Assembly: GCA_016839555.1 (NCBI GenBank)
Contig: JAEOUA010000008.1
Location: forward strand, 192,001 to 256,000
DNA: 64,000 bases
Source: Promethearchaeota archaeon
GTDB lineage: Archaea > Asgardarchaeota > Lokiarchaeia > Sigyniarchaeales > SOKP01
Reading direction: 5' to 3'
Positions 40,031 to 49,953 of this stretch are shown one piece after another. The notes below the pieces were generated by a model. That model made no database searches, was not told the DNA's origin, and saw only the letters and a list, made by a program, of their open reading frames with translations. Each line of letters begins with the position of its first letter. Position 1 is the first letter of the stretch. The position numbers and the translations under genes are program-made.

Positions 40031-41527
40031 ATGGTTATTTTAACTATTGATCTTGGGACCCAAAGTATTAAGGCAGGATTAGTGGATTATGATGGGACTA
40101 TTTTACAAATAAGCCAAGAACCGCAACAAGTGAATCTTCCCAAAAAAGGCTGGGCTCAACAGAAACCTGAATTGTGGTGGAGATTAACTAAAAGTGTAAT
40201 TAAAAATGTTCTCCAAAAATCATCTATAAAAAAAAATGAGATAAATGGCATAAGTACATGTGGTCAAATGCATGGTCCAGTTGGGATTGATAAAAAGGGT
40301 AATATTACGACGGAATGGACTCAAATTTGGATGGATAAACGCTCTAAAAGCATTTGTGAGGAAATAAGAAATCACTACGACCAATCGCAATTGGCACAAA
40401 TTACAGGAAATCCAATAACAACTGGGTGGTCTGGAGTAAAAGTTAGATGGATAAAAGAGAATCAACCAAATATTTACAATAAAACTAAATGGTTTCTTGT
40501 ACCAAAAGACTTCATTAATTTCAAATTATCTGGTGTTATAGCAACAGATCCAAGTGAAGCATCAGGAAGTTATTTATTTGATATAAAAAAAGAGAATTAT
40601 TCCACAGAAATGGGAACAATTCTTGATATTGACATTCAAAAATTTGCAAAAATATATAAATCATATGATATAATTGGAAGTCTTAAAGAAGACATTGCGA
40701 GAGAGATTGGATTACCAAGTAAGATACCAATAATAGCTGGGGGAGGAGATTTTATTGTTTCATTATTAGGGATAGGAATGATTGAGGAGGGGACAGCTGT
40801 TGATATGAGTGGTACTAGTACTTTATTCGTTGTAAAAAAAGACAACCCTATTATTCATCCATTAGTTCAGAATTTAAAGCATGTTATTAGTGGTTGGACT
40901 CCTTTTACAATGTTAGATTGTGGAGGGTTAAGTATTGCTTGGTATAAAGATTTTATTAATTCAATGAAAGAAGAAAAAATATCATATGAAGAAATGATTG
41001 CGATGGCTGAAAAGATACCAATTGGTTCTAATGGATTATTATTTTATCCCTATTTACTTGGAGAAAGACGAACCGAAAATATATATGCAAAAGGAGCATT
41101 TTTTGGAGTCACTTTAACTCATAAAGTTTCACATTTTATAAGAGCAATAATAGAGGGAGTTGCTTTAGCAGTAGGGAAAGATGTAGAAATATTTAGAAAG
41201 TTAGGGGTTAAAATTAAACAAGTTTATTGTCTGGGGGGAGCCACGCGAAATAAATTACTCTATGAAATAAAAGCAAATATTATGCAACTACCTCAAATTT
41301 TGACCAATGAACCAGAAGCAAGTTTACGTGGAAATGGAATATTAGCAGCATATGGCTTAGGATTAATTAATAATATAAAACAAATTGCAAACCCAAGAAC
41401 TCTTAAAATAGAGATAATCAAACCGGATAAAATTTTAGCTAACAAATATCTATTCTTGTTAAAAAAATTTAAAAAAATGTATAAACACATGTTAGGATAC
41501 GAAAATGAAGATGTTCATTATATCTAG
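40031..41527 (+). CDS. FGGY-family carbohydrate kinase (xylulokinase-like)
   Basis: IDLGTQSIK, GQMHG, W.D.R, TD.SEASG, GGGD, PYLLGER, RAIIEGV. Confidence 0.92.
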   Translation: MVILTIDLGTQSIKAGLVDYDGTILQISQEPQQVNLPKKGWAQQKPELWWRLTKSVIKNVLQKSSIKKNEINGISTCGQMHGPVGIDKKGNITTEWTQIWMDKRSKSICEEIRNHYDQSQLAQITGNPITTGWSGVKVRWIKENQPNIYNKTKWFLVPKDFINFKLSGVIATDPSEASGSYLFDIKKENYSTEMGTILDIDIQKFAKIYKSYDIIGSLKEDIAREIGLPSKIPIIAGGGDFIVSLLGIGMIEEGTAVDMSGTSTLFVVKKDNPIIHPLVQNLKHVISGWTPFTMLDCGGLSIAWYKDFINSMKEEKISYEEMIAMAEKIPIGSNGLLFYPYLLGERRTENIYAKGAFFGVTLTHKVSHFIRAIIEGVALAVGKDVEIFRKLGVKIKQVYCLGGATRNKLLYEIKANIMQLPQILTNEPEASLRGNGILAAYGLGLINNIKQIANPRTLKIEIIKPDKILANKYLFLLKKFKKMYKHMLGYENEDVHYI

Positions 41528-41753
41528 ACTGAAGAAAAGTGGTGTATTTTAATTTACAAAATTATCTTCAAATCGAATTAGTTAAGAGAAATAATAATAC
41601 ATAAATTAAAATTAAATCCAAATTATCAAGTAAGATTTTGAAAAAGAAATATAAAAATACCAATGATTCTTTTTAAAAATGTTTATTATTTGTTATTGAA
41701 AAGAATTCTATATAATTTACATCATTTTAATGAAAAATATATAATTCTTAACA

Positions 41754-44339
41754 TTATCGATGTTCTGTTCTAGAAATGACTTCATCTTGTATTTCTTTTC
41801 CCAAGTCTGTAAAATATGCACTATATCCTCCGACTTTAACTATAATATCTCTATATTTTTCTGGATCTTTTTGAGCTGCCCTTAATGTTTTTGTTGAGAC
41901 TACAGTAGGTTGTAGTTGTTCGCCACCTAATTTAAAATAAGTTTTTATTAATGAAATCCATTTTTTCTTCGCTTCTTCAGTTTTTCCAATTCCAGAGGGA
42001 TGCATTCGAATATTTACAGCACACCCACATACATGTTTGTAGTCAAGTGCAGCAACAGATCGAAGAACTCCAGTTGGACCGTGTTCTTCTACATTATAGG
42101 GATTACAACTTGCAGCAAAAGGTTTTCCTGCCAATCTGCCATCGGGTGTCGCTAGTGATATCCTTCCATCGTAAGTATGGGAGGTCATACTAATAATAAA
42201 TGGTGCAAAAACGCCACCCTTATATGTTTTATACTTATAAGTTTCTTCAAATATATGATTTGTTACTTTTTTGGCTAATTCATCACACTCAGGATTTCCA
42301 TTCCCCCATTTTCCTTTTAAATCCATAATTAGAGAATGAATCCATTCATAACCTTGAGTAAAGTTATTATCAACCGCATCAACAAGCTCTCTTAATGTAA
42401 ATTTTTTTTCTTCGAAAACTAATTTTTTAATAACATATAAAGAATCAACCAAATTAGCTACACTGTTTAAAATTAATATTCCTTCAGCGTCATATTTAGC
42501 TCCTCCTTTTGTAACATCCTTTTTATTTTTTAAACAACCCTGTACAAAAGCTGATAAAAAGGGCGCAGGTAAATATTCAGCATATATTTGGTCTCGAATT
42601 TTTGTTGCTTCGACTATATGTTGGATAACATAATCTGATTGCTTATAGAAAGCTTCAAGGAAATCTTCAAATGTTCTAAATGTGTCTGGTTTACCCGTCT
42701 TAGGACCAATATTTTTCATCAATCCTACTAATGCCTTAGAATCGCCATTTCGAAGGGCTGTATCAAGTGTATGACTTAATAAAATTGCTGAAAAACTAAT
42801 TCCACCTGTTTTTCCAGGAGGGGACATATCTACACAACCAGTAATGCAATAACCTTGCGCATCTTTTTTAGTAATTCCCCGATTCATTAATGCTTTTATA
42901 GCAATATCATCATTTAACATAGAGAGGCTTGATATTCCATTATAACTAAGGTCAGCAACCTTTAAATATAATTCTTCTGGTGATTTATCGTGAAATCTTA
43001 CTGCAAAATTAAGGCAGGTTTTTGACCGGGCAGCTACTTCTAACATTATATAGGTTAGTTCATTTGTAGCATCTTCACCAGTTTCTGTAAGACCGCCTAA
43101 AGTAATTGGTTCGGAGCCTTCATATCTCTGGCTAAATTCTGAGACAGAATCTGAATAAGGACGAACATTATGGCTCATTACCTTTAATACTAATTCTTCC
43201 AGCAATTCTATGGCTTCTTCTCGAGCAATTCTTACTTCTTCAATATCGCGCTTATAATATGGATATAAAAATTGATCGAGACGTCCTGGCCCATGTACAT
43301 TAAATGGAAGTGCCAAATCAACAGAAGTTTTAATTATCCAATATAATTGTACTGCTTCTCGGAATGTTTTAGCCGGCTTTGTTTTTACATTATTACATAT
43401 TTTATACATTTTTGTTAATATAGCCTTTCTCTTAGATTCATTAGTATTGTTAATTTCTTCTTGAAGGTTTTTAGTAAGCCTGTTAGCAAATATCATTATC
43501 CCCTCAAGAGCAATATCAAGAGATTTTAAAAAATCTATTTGTTCTTTTGTTAAATTATCATCTTTCTCAATTTCCTCTCGAACCTCCTTTTGCATGTTTA
43601 ATAATCCTTTTTTAATTGCAGTCTCATGGTCAAGGATTATATGCCCTTGCCATCCACCAATAACAGCATTACTTGAAATTATTGGTTGATCTTGGGATTT
43701 TTTTATTGGTACATGATTAATAAAGTCATAAAAATCCCCTTTATAAATGTTATTTTCTAAAAGCTTTTTCTCAATTAAATCAGAAATATTCTTTCCTTTC
43801 CAATATGGGATTAATTTTTTTAGAAGTAATTCCTTATCCTCTTCTTTTATTTTAAATCCATTTATTTTTCTCTGTTCTAAAGAGTCAGATCCCATAGTTG
43901 GTATAGCAGCACCCATTTTTTTAGTATTTGCTATAAATTCAATAATATTTATTCCCTTATTACTCATATATTCTATAAAAGATTTGTTAAATTCCCTTTC
44001 AAATTTCTTCATTGCTTTTTCGTCAATTTCATATTCAAGTACTCTGTTCCATATACCACGCTCTAAATCTAGAGGTATTCCAAGGAAACTTTCTGTCCAT
44101 TTACCTGCAATACGATCATCTGGATCTATGTAGATCTGCATGTTTTCGTAAACATTTTTCATAGATAAGGCAATTCTGACGCCAACTGATAAATTACTTT
44201 TTTCAGTCTCAGACCACTTTTCAGTATAATATTTCGCTCTTTCTAGTGAAATTAGAGTCTTATCATCAAGAAACCTTCTACGAATGCGTTTTATTCTTTC
44301 ATTTTCCTTATTAATGATTTGGATATTTTGATCACTCAT
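41754..44339 (-). CDS. Glycyl radical enzyme (PFL-like family, unknown substrate)
   Basis: GRLDQFLYPYY, Cys loop TGCVD, KWGN, ATPDGR, Gly loop VKVGGYSAYF, QDEVISRT. Confidence 0.93.
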   Translation of the reverse strand: MSDQNIQIINKENERIKRIRRRFLDDKTLISLERAKYYTEKWSETEKSNLSVGVRIALSMKNVYENMQIYIDPDDRIAGKWTESFLGIPLDLERGIWNRVLEYEIDEKAMKKFEREFNKSFIEYMSNKGINIIEFIANTKKMGAAIPTMGSDSLEQRKINGFKIKEEDKELLLKKLIPYWKGKNISDLIEKKLLENNIYKGDFYDFINHVPIKKSQDQPIISSNAVIGGWQGHIILDHETAIKKGLLNMQKEVREEIEKDDNLTKEQIDFLKSLDIALEGIMIFANRLTKNLQEEINNTNESKRKAILTKMYKICNNVKTKPAKTFREAVQLYWIIKTSVDLALPFNVHGPGRLDQFLYPYYKRDIEEVRIAREEAIELLEELVLKVMSHNVRPYSDSVSEFSQRYEGSEPITLGGLTETGEDATNELTYIMLEVAARSKTCLNFAVRFHDKSPEELYLKVADLSYNGISSLSMLNDDIAIKALMNRGITKKDAQGYCITGCVDMSPPGKTGGISFSAILLSHTLDTALRNGDSKALVGLMKNIGPKTGKPDTFRTFEDFLEAFYKQSDYVIQHIVEATKIRDQIYAEYLPAPFLSAFVQGCLKNKKDVTKGGAKYDAEGILILNSVANLVDSLYVIKKLVFEEKKFTLRELVDAVDNNFTQGYEWIHSLIMDLKGKWGNGNPECDELAKKVTNHIFEETYKYKTYKGGVFAPFIISMTSHTYDGRISLATPDGRLAGKPFAASCNPYNVEEHGPTGVLRSVAALDYKHVCGCAVNIRMHPSGIGKTEEAKKKWISLIKTYFKLGGEQLQPTVVSTKTLRAAQKDPEKYRDIIVKVGGYSAYFTDLGKEIQDEVISRTEHR

Positions 44340-44499
44340 AGTAATTTTATAAATATATAAAATTTGTATATTATTATTTTACTAAATTATATTATATTAG
44401 TATTATTTATAAATATTGTTAACATTTATTAATGATTGTAAACATTTTTTAATTAATAATAAATTCCCCAATTTTTATATTAAAATCTAATTTGAAAAT

Positions 44500-45408
44500 A
44501 TGAAGGGCATTATTTTTGATATTCAACATTATGCAATTTTTGATGGACCGGGAATAAGAACATTAGTTTTTTTGAAAGGGTGTCCTTTATGTTGCAAATG
44601 GTGTCATAATCCTGAATCTCAGTTACTAAAACCACAATTATCATATTTTCAAGAAAAGTGTGAATTATGTGGGAAATGTGTTAAAAGTTGTGATAAAAAT
44701 GCTCTCAAAATATTTGAAGATGCCGTTATTTGGGATAAAGATTTATGTGATATGTGTGGAAAATGTGTTGAAACGTGTCCTAATAATGTCCTTGAAATTA
44801 TCGGAGAAAAAAAAGAAGTTAAGGAGATAGTAGAAGTTGTATCAAGAGATAAGATTTTCTATGAAGACTCTGGAGGGGGTGTAACAATCACAGGTGGAGA
44901 ACCTACAATGCAATTACCATTTTTATTAGAATTATTAACTAATTTTAAAAAAAAAGGAATTCAGACAGCTATAGAAACATGTGGATATTTTAATGAGAAT
45001 ATTATAGAAAATTTAACACATTTGGTGGATCTCTTTTTATTTGATATTAAACTTATTGATCCAGAAAAACATATCAAATATACTGGTGTATCAAATAAGA
45101 AAATTTTAAAAAATTTTAAAAAAATCTATGAAAAAGTGGGATCCAAAAGAATTATATGCCGAATACCTTTAATTCCAGGAATAAATACAAATACAAAAGA
45201 TATAGACCAGATTATTACATTTTTAAAGGATATAGATTATAAAGGGGCTGTTCATCTTATGCCTTATAATAAAATGGCGAAAACTAAATATGAAAAAATA
45301 GGCAGAAGTCAAGACTATATAGATTTTGGGGACTTGAAAGAAAAGAAAATAGAAATAATTATTGAAGAAATAGAAAAAGAATCTTATGAAGTAATTTGTA
45401 ATGAATAA
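44500..45408 (+). CDS. Glycyl-radical enzyme activating enzyme (radical SAM with ferredoxin insert)
   Basis: DGPGIRT.VFLKGCPLCCKWCHNPES, two CxxCxxCxxxC, TGGEP. Confidence 0.95.
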   Translation: MKGIIFDIQHYAIFDGPGIRTLVFLKGCPLCCKWCHNPESQLLKPQLSYFQEKCELCGKCVKSCDKNALKIFEDAVIWDKDLCDMCGKCVETCPNNVLEIIGEKKEVKEIVEVVSRDKIFYEDSGGGVTITGGEPTMQLPFLLELLTNFKKKGIQTAIETCGYFNENIIENLTHLVDLFLFDIKLIDPEKHIKYTGVSNKKILKNFKKIYEKVGSKRIICRIPLIPGINTNTKDIDQIITFLKDIDYKGAVHLMPYNKMAKTKYEKIGRSQDYIDFGDLKEKKIEIIIEEIEKESYEVICNE

Positions 45409-45440
45409 TAAGTATTATAAATATTGAATGAGGAACAGAA

Positions 45441-46847
45441 ATGGAAACAAAACAATTTGAAAAAAAGCTTGATACAAAATCAACAAACTTTATGATTTCC
45501 TATAGCTTTGGGCAATTGTCGGACGTCATTGGCTATCAAATGTTTACTTTTCTTATATTCACTTTTTATTATGCTATTATTGGCTTAAACGTGAATTGGA
45601 TTACAATAGGATTTATTATTTGGAGTGTTTGGAATGCTTTTAACGATCCAATGGTGGGTTATATTTCTGATCGATTGAACACAAAATGGGGGAGAAGAAA
45701 ACCACTTGTATATGTTGGAATTATTCCGTTATTAACTTTAATGGTATTATTATGGACACCTCCCTTGAATAGCAAAATTATTTCATTCATTTATTTTATT
45801 ATAATTATCTTAGCATTTGATACAGCTTATACATCATTTTCTATGGGTCAAGCGACTTTGTTTCCTGAGCTATTTAAAAACTTAGAGGAGAGGGCAAAAG
45901 CGAATAATATTCGACAAATTTTTACTATATTTGGATTAATTATTGCATTCATAATGCCAACTTTTTTCATACCTAAGTTGACAAATCCTCAATATATTGG
46001 AGGATATATATTAGCAGGAATCGTTGCTATGATCTTAATGGGCTTCTTTGGCATCATTTTTATCATATTTGGGTTAAAAGAACCTAAAGAATTTTCTGAA
46101 GACTATAAAGATACACCACCTTTTTTCACTTCTTTAAAAATATCATTAAAAAGAAAATCATTTAAATGGTACGTATTAGTTCATTTTGTAAACTGGTATG
46201 TTTATGGAATGTTGCCGACAATATTACCATTATTCGCAGAATATGTTTTAGGCATAGGAGAAGGGGAAACATTTTATATAGGTCTTTTACTTGGAGTCAC
46301 TTTTATTTCAGCATGTATTTTCATAGCTCTCTGGAAATACGTAGCAATTAAAATTGGTATAAGGAAAGGTTTTATGATTTCTATGCTTATATTCATAATC
46401 ACATTGTTCCCCAATTTATTCATAAATAATGTGATTCAGGGATTTATTGTATTCTTTTTAATTGGAATAGGATTAGCAGGATCTTTATTTTTCTTAGATA
46501 TTACAATCGCTGCGGTTATGGATGAAGATGAACTTGAGACAGGAGTACGTAGAGCGGGAGGAATCTATGGTATTAGCACATTTATATTAAGATTTGCTAC
46601 AATATTTATGTTTTTAACAATCAGCCTTGTATTCAATAGCACTGGATGGACTGTCTTTGATCCTATAGGAACAGTAAACACGCAATTAGGCTTAAGGATT
46701 TTGATTTTTGTATTTCCCGCTATAGCCCTCATTATAGGAATTCTTGGAATGTACAAATTTCCTATCACAGTAGAAAAATATACCGAAATGAAAAAAGAAC
46801 TTAGAAAATTACATGAACATAAACTTGAAAAAATCAGAAACACATAA
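45441..46847 (+). CDS. GPH/MelB-type MFS sugar transporter
   Basis: WNAFNDPMVGYISDR.NTKWGRRKP, DEDELETGVRRAG, about 12 TM. Confidence 0.9.
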   Translation: METKQFEKKLDTKSTNFMISYSFGQLSDVIGYQMFTFLIFTFYYAIIGLNVNWITIGFIIWSVWNAFNDPMVGYISDRLNTKWGRRKPLVYVGIIPLLTLMVLLWTPPLNSKIISFIYFIIIILAFDTAYTSFSMGQATLFPELFKNLEERAKANNIRQIFTIFGLIIAFIMPTFFIPKLTNPQYIGGYILAGIVAMILMGFFGIIFIIFGLKEPKEFSEDYKDTPPFFTSLKISLKRKSFKWYVLVHFVNWYVYGMLPTILPLFAEYVLGIGEGETFYIGLLLGVTFISACIFIALWKYVAIKIGIRKGFMISMLIFIITLFPNLFINNVIQGFIVFFLIGIGLAGSLFFLDITIAAVMDEDELETGVRRAGGIYGISTFILRFATIFMFLTISLVFNSTGWTVFDPIGTVNTQLGLRILIFVFPAIALIIGILGMYKFPITVEKYTEMKKELRKLHEHKLEKIRNT

Positions 46848-47045
46848 TAATGTAATTTAAGAATAATATTCAAAGGAATAATTGAAAATTTTAATTTAAC
46901 TAAAATTTTATTTTCATTTATTAATTATATTGAAAAAGAATTTTTAATGAGCTTTTAATAATATAATAATAAAAAAAAAAGGATTAATAACCAAATATTT
47001 TGAAAAACTTTATTTATAAATAAATTAAATATCGGATAATGGAAT

Positions 47046-47819
47046 ATGCTTGCAACGGAAAGAAGAAATCAAATAGCTAAACTAGTAAAAACTGAAGGGT
47101 CTATAACTATTGAGGATTTAACAAATATGTTCGATGTATCAAGAATAACAATCTGGAAAGACCTTAAAATGCTTGAAGAGCGTGGATTTCTCGCAAGAGT
47201 ACATGGAGGGGCTATGAGATTAGATAAATTAAATCCAGAAGAACAGGAATTTCCTATACGCAAACAGAGTTCATCTTTAGAAAAAAAGAAAATAGCTCAA
47301 TATGCTGCTAAAAATTACGTAGAAGATAACCAGATACTTTTTTTAGATGGAGGGACCACTGTCGTAGAGATGATACCATATCTAAATAAGAAGAATCTAA
47401 CCATATTGACTAATGGGTTTTTTACCTTGATAAAAGCAGCAAATTACTTGTCTGATATAAATTTCATAAGTCTTGGAGGAATTTTTAGAAAACCCTCTTA
47501 TACTTTTGTTGGCCCAGATACAGAAGATTTTATTTCACGTTATAAAATTGATACCGCATTTGTAAGTGCCTATGGAATCTCACTTAAAGATGGACTGATG
47601 GATCCTAACCCACTCGATATGGAAATCAAAAAAATTATGTGTGAAAATGCTAATAAAATTTTTGTCTTAATAGATTCTAGTAAATATGAGAAACATTCAT
47701 TGACTACTTTTCTAAATCTGGAAGAAATTGATCATTTGATAACAGATAACGGAGCTCCCGCTAAATTTTTGGAAGAATTAAAAAATCGTGGTATTGCTAT
47801 TGATATAGTAAAAATATAG
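47046..47819 (+). CDS. DeoR/GlpR family transcriptional regulator
   Basis: ERR..I, FDVSRITIWKDL, RVHGGA, FLDGGTT, DSSK, LITD. Confidence 0.93.
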   Translation: MLATERRNQIAKLVKTEGSITIEDLTNMFDVSRITIWKDLKMLEERGFLARVHGGAMRLDKLNPEEQEFPIRKQSSSLEKKKIAQYAAKNYVEDNQILFLDGGTTVVEMIPYLNKKNLTILTNGFFTLIKAANYLSDINFISLGGIFRKPSYTFVGPDTEDFISRYKIDTAFVSAYGISLKDGLMDPNPLDMEIKKIMCENANKIFVLIDSSKYEKHSLTTFLNLEEIDHLITDNGAPAKFLEELKNRGIAIDIVKI

Positions 47820-47980
47820 GTATATATTTAGAATTAAAAACTCTTGCTTTAACATTATCAATTTGAAAAAGTGAAATTAATTTAAAAGCTATACATAATA
47901 CTTTATATTTGTGATTCTTTTTTTGCTTTGTTTATAAAGTATGAGCATTTAAATAGGTCCCAAATTTACTTACAATAATA

Positions 47981-49120
47981 ATGGTGAATTATGTTTACAA
48001 AGAATATAAAACGGCATTAAACAAATTAAAGTTTCCAGACAGCTACTTTTGGTGTCGCTATACTCTTAATCCATATGTGGGATGCCAACATGCATGCGTT
48101 TACTGTGATGCTCGGAGTAAACGATATTATTTAGAAAATGTTGAGGAGGATGTAATAATTAAAGTAGGAATAGCGGAGAAATTAGAAAAAAAAATAAAAA
48201 ATTCAAGAACATTATTACCAGATGTTATAGGACCTGGGGGAGTTTGTGATGCGTACCAACCAATAGAAAAAAAAGTAAAAAATACACGAAAAATTTTAAA
48301 AGTCTTGAGAAAATATAAATTCCCTGTGAATATTGCTACAAAATCCGATTTAATTGTTAGAGATATCGATATTTTAAAAGAAATTGCAAAAGATACGTGG
48401 TGTACAGTAGGATTTTCCATAACCACTACAGATGGAGAATTAGCAAATTTTTTAGAACCGTATTCCTCTCCTCCAGATAAAAGATTCAATGCAATGAAGG
48501 AAATTAAGAATAATGCTCCAAATATACAGACAGGAACTTATTTTATGCCAATAATTCCATTTCTGGAAGATAATGATAAGAATTTAGATGATGTTATTAA
48601 AAAAACAAAAGAAAAAGTAGGCGATTTTGTTGTATTCGCACCGGGCTTAACTTTAAGAGATAATCAGAAAGAATATTTTATAAATAAGCTGAAAAATAGT
48701 AAATATAGAGACATAGTAGAACCCTTATTAAATCTTTATAGTGAAGGATATGATTCTGAACAAATGAACAGCTATATTTTAACTCAATATAAAAAATTAT
48801 TAAATTTATGCAAGAAATATAATTTGAATATACGAGAAAAACGATGGATTCCTTCAGATTATAGAAAATGGAATTATTTAATAGCAGAAAAGTTATTGAA
48901 TGAAGAATATTTGAATACAATTCAGGGAAAGCCAAATGATAGAATAAAATGGGCTGGCTTATATCTCAATAATCTTAAAGAATCCATCATTGATGTATAT
49001 AGAAGAGGAAAATTACATAATCTTAGAAATTTTAATTCGAAAATAATTGAATTTGTACAACCTTATTTAGAAAAAGGATTAGAAGAACAGAAAAAGAAAA
49101 GTTTGGATAGGTTCTTATGA
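47981..49120 (+). CDS. SplB/Rv2578c-like radical SAM protein
   Basis: NPYVGCQHACVYC, DAYQPIE, TKS.LI.RD.D. Confidence 0.85.
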   Translation: MVNYVYKEYKTALNKLKFPDSYFWCRYTLNPYVGCQHACVYCDARSKRYYLENVEEDVIIKVGIAEKLEKKIKNSRTLLPDVIGPGGVCDAYQPIEKKVKNTRKILKVLRKYKFPVNIATKSDLIVRDIDILKEIAKDTWCTVGFSITTTDGELANFLEPYSSPPDKRFNAMKEIKNNAPNIQTGTYFMPIIPFLEDNDKNLDDVIKKTKEKVGDFVVFAPGLTLRDNQKEYFINKLKNSKYRDIVEPLLNLYSEGYDSEQMNSYILTQYKKLLNLCKKYNLNIREKRWIPSDYRKWNYLIAEKLLNEEYLNTIQGKPNDRIKWAGLYLNNLKESIIDVYRRGKLHNLRNFNSKIIEFVQPYLEKGLEEQKKKSLDRFL

Positions 49121-49869
49121 ATAAAAATATCGATCAAATGATCAACAATATTAAAGGTAAATTGAAACAAACAGCTCCAGATTTAACTAAAGATCAAATT
49201 GAAAAAAGAAATAAAATTTTAAAATCTGAGGACCCTAAATTCTTTGGTTATGGTCATAAAATAGGTGAACTCGAAAAAATAGTACAGCAAATTGAAAATC
49301 AAACGGAATGCTCATATGAAGCGGCACTTGAAGTATTTAAAAATCTTATGAGTTCCCATATTCATGAAGAAAAATTTGCTGGATTCTTATTTATTAATCG
49401 TTTTAAAAGAGATTTTAACAAGGATTTAATCAAAATATTTAAAGAAGTAATCTCGAAATATTGCGATTCCTGGGCTTTATGCGATAGTTCTATGATTAAG
49501 GTTTTGGGTCCATATTTAGCTAAAAGAGGCAAAGAACAACTAGCAATAAGCACAATTAAATCATGGGCGAACTCGGACCTTTTATGGATAAGACGTGGTT
49601 CATTGGTTATTTATTTGAAAGCAATAATGATAAAAAAGGACTTCGATTATAACTTTCTAGTAAAACTAATAAAGCCATTAATAAATGATTCAGAACCATA
49701 TATACAAAAGGCAATTGCATGGCTTCTTAGGACATGCTCTCGCTATAAGCCAAAAATAATTTTTAGTTATTTATTGGAAAATAAAGAAAATTTTTCAAGA
49801 TCATTTTTAAGAGAAGCTGCTCAAAAGCTTTCAGATGCACAAAGAGAGATTATAATAGGAAAAAAGTGA
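49117..49869 (+). CDS. AlkD-like DNA alkylation repair protein (HEAT repeat)
   Basis: DSWALCD, WIRR, YIQKAIAWLLR, LREA; ATGA overlap with the radical SAM gene. Confidence 0.85.
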   Translation: MNKNIDQMINNIKGKLKQTAPDLTKDQIEKRNKILKSEDPKFFGYGHKIGELEKIVQQIENQTECSYEAALEVFKNLMSSHIHEEKFAGFLFINRFKRDFNKDLIKIFKEVISKYCDSWALCDSSMIKVLGPYLAKRGKEQLAISTIKSWANSDLLWIRRGSLVIYLKAIMIKKDFDYNFLVKLIKPLINDSEPYIQKAIAWLLRTCSRYKPKIIFSYLLENKENFSRSFLREAAQKLSDAQREIIIGKK

Positions 49870-49953
49870 GAAAATCTATTATAAATATTAAAAATACATA
49901 ATTTAATTAGATTATAAGGTAACTCTAACTAATAAAAAAATACATAATTAACA

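Noticed and set aside
41754-44339. Calling the GRE pyruvate formate-lyase (pflB) or choline TMA-lyase
   Set aside because: It lacks the adjacent Cys-Cys of PFL and the GCVE signature of characterised eliminases.
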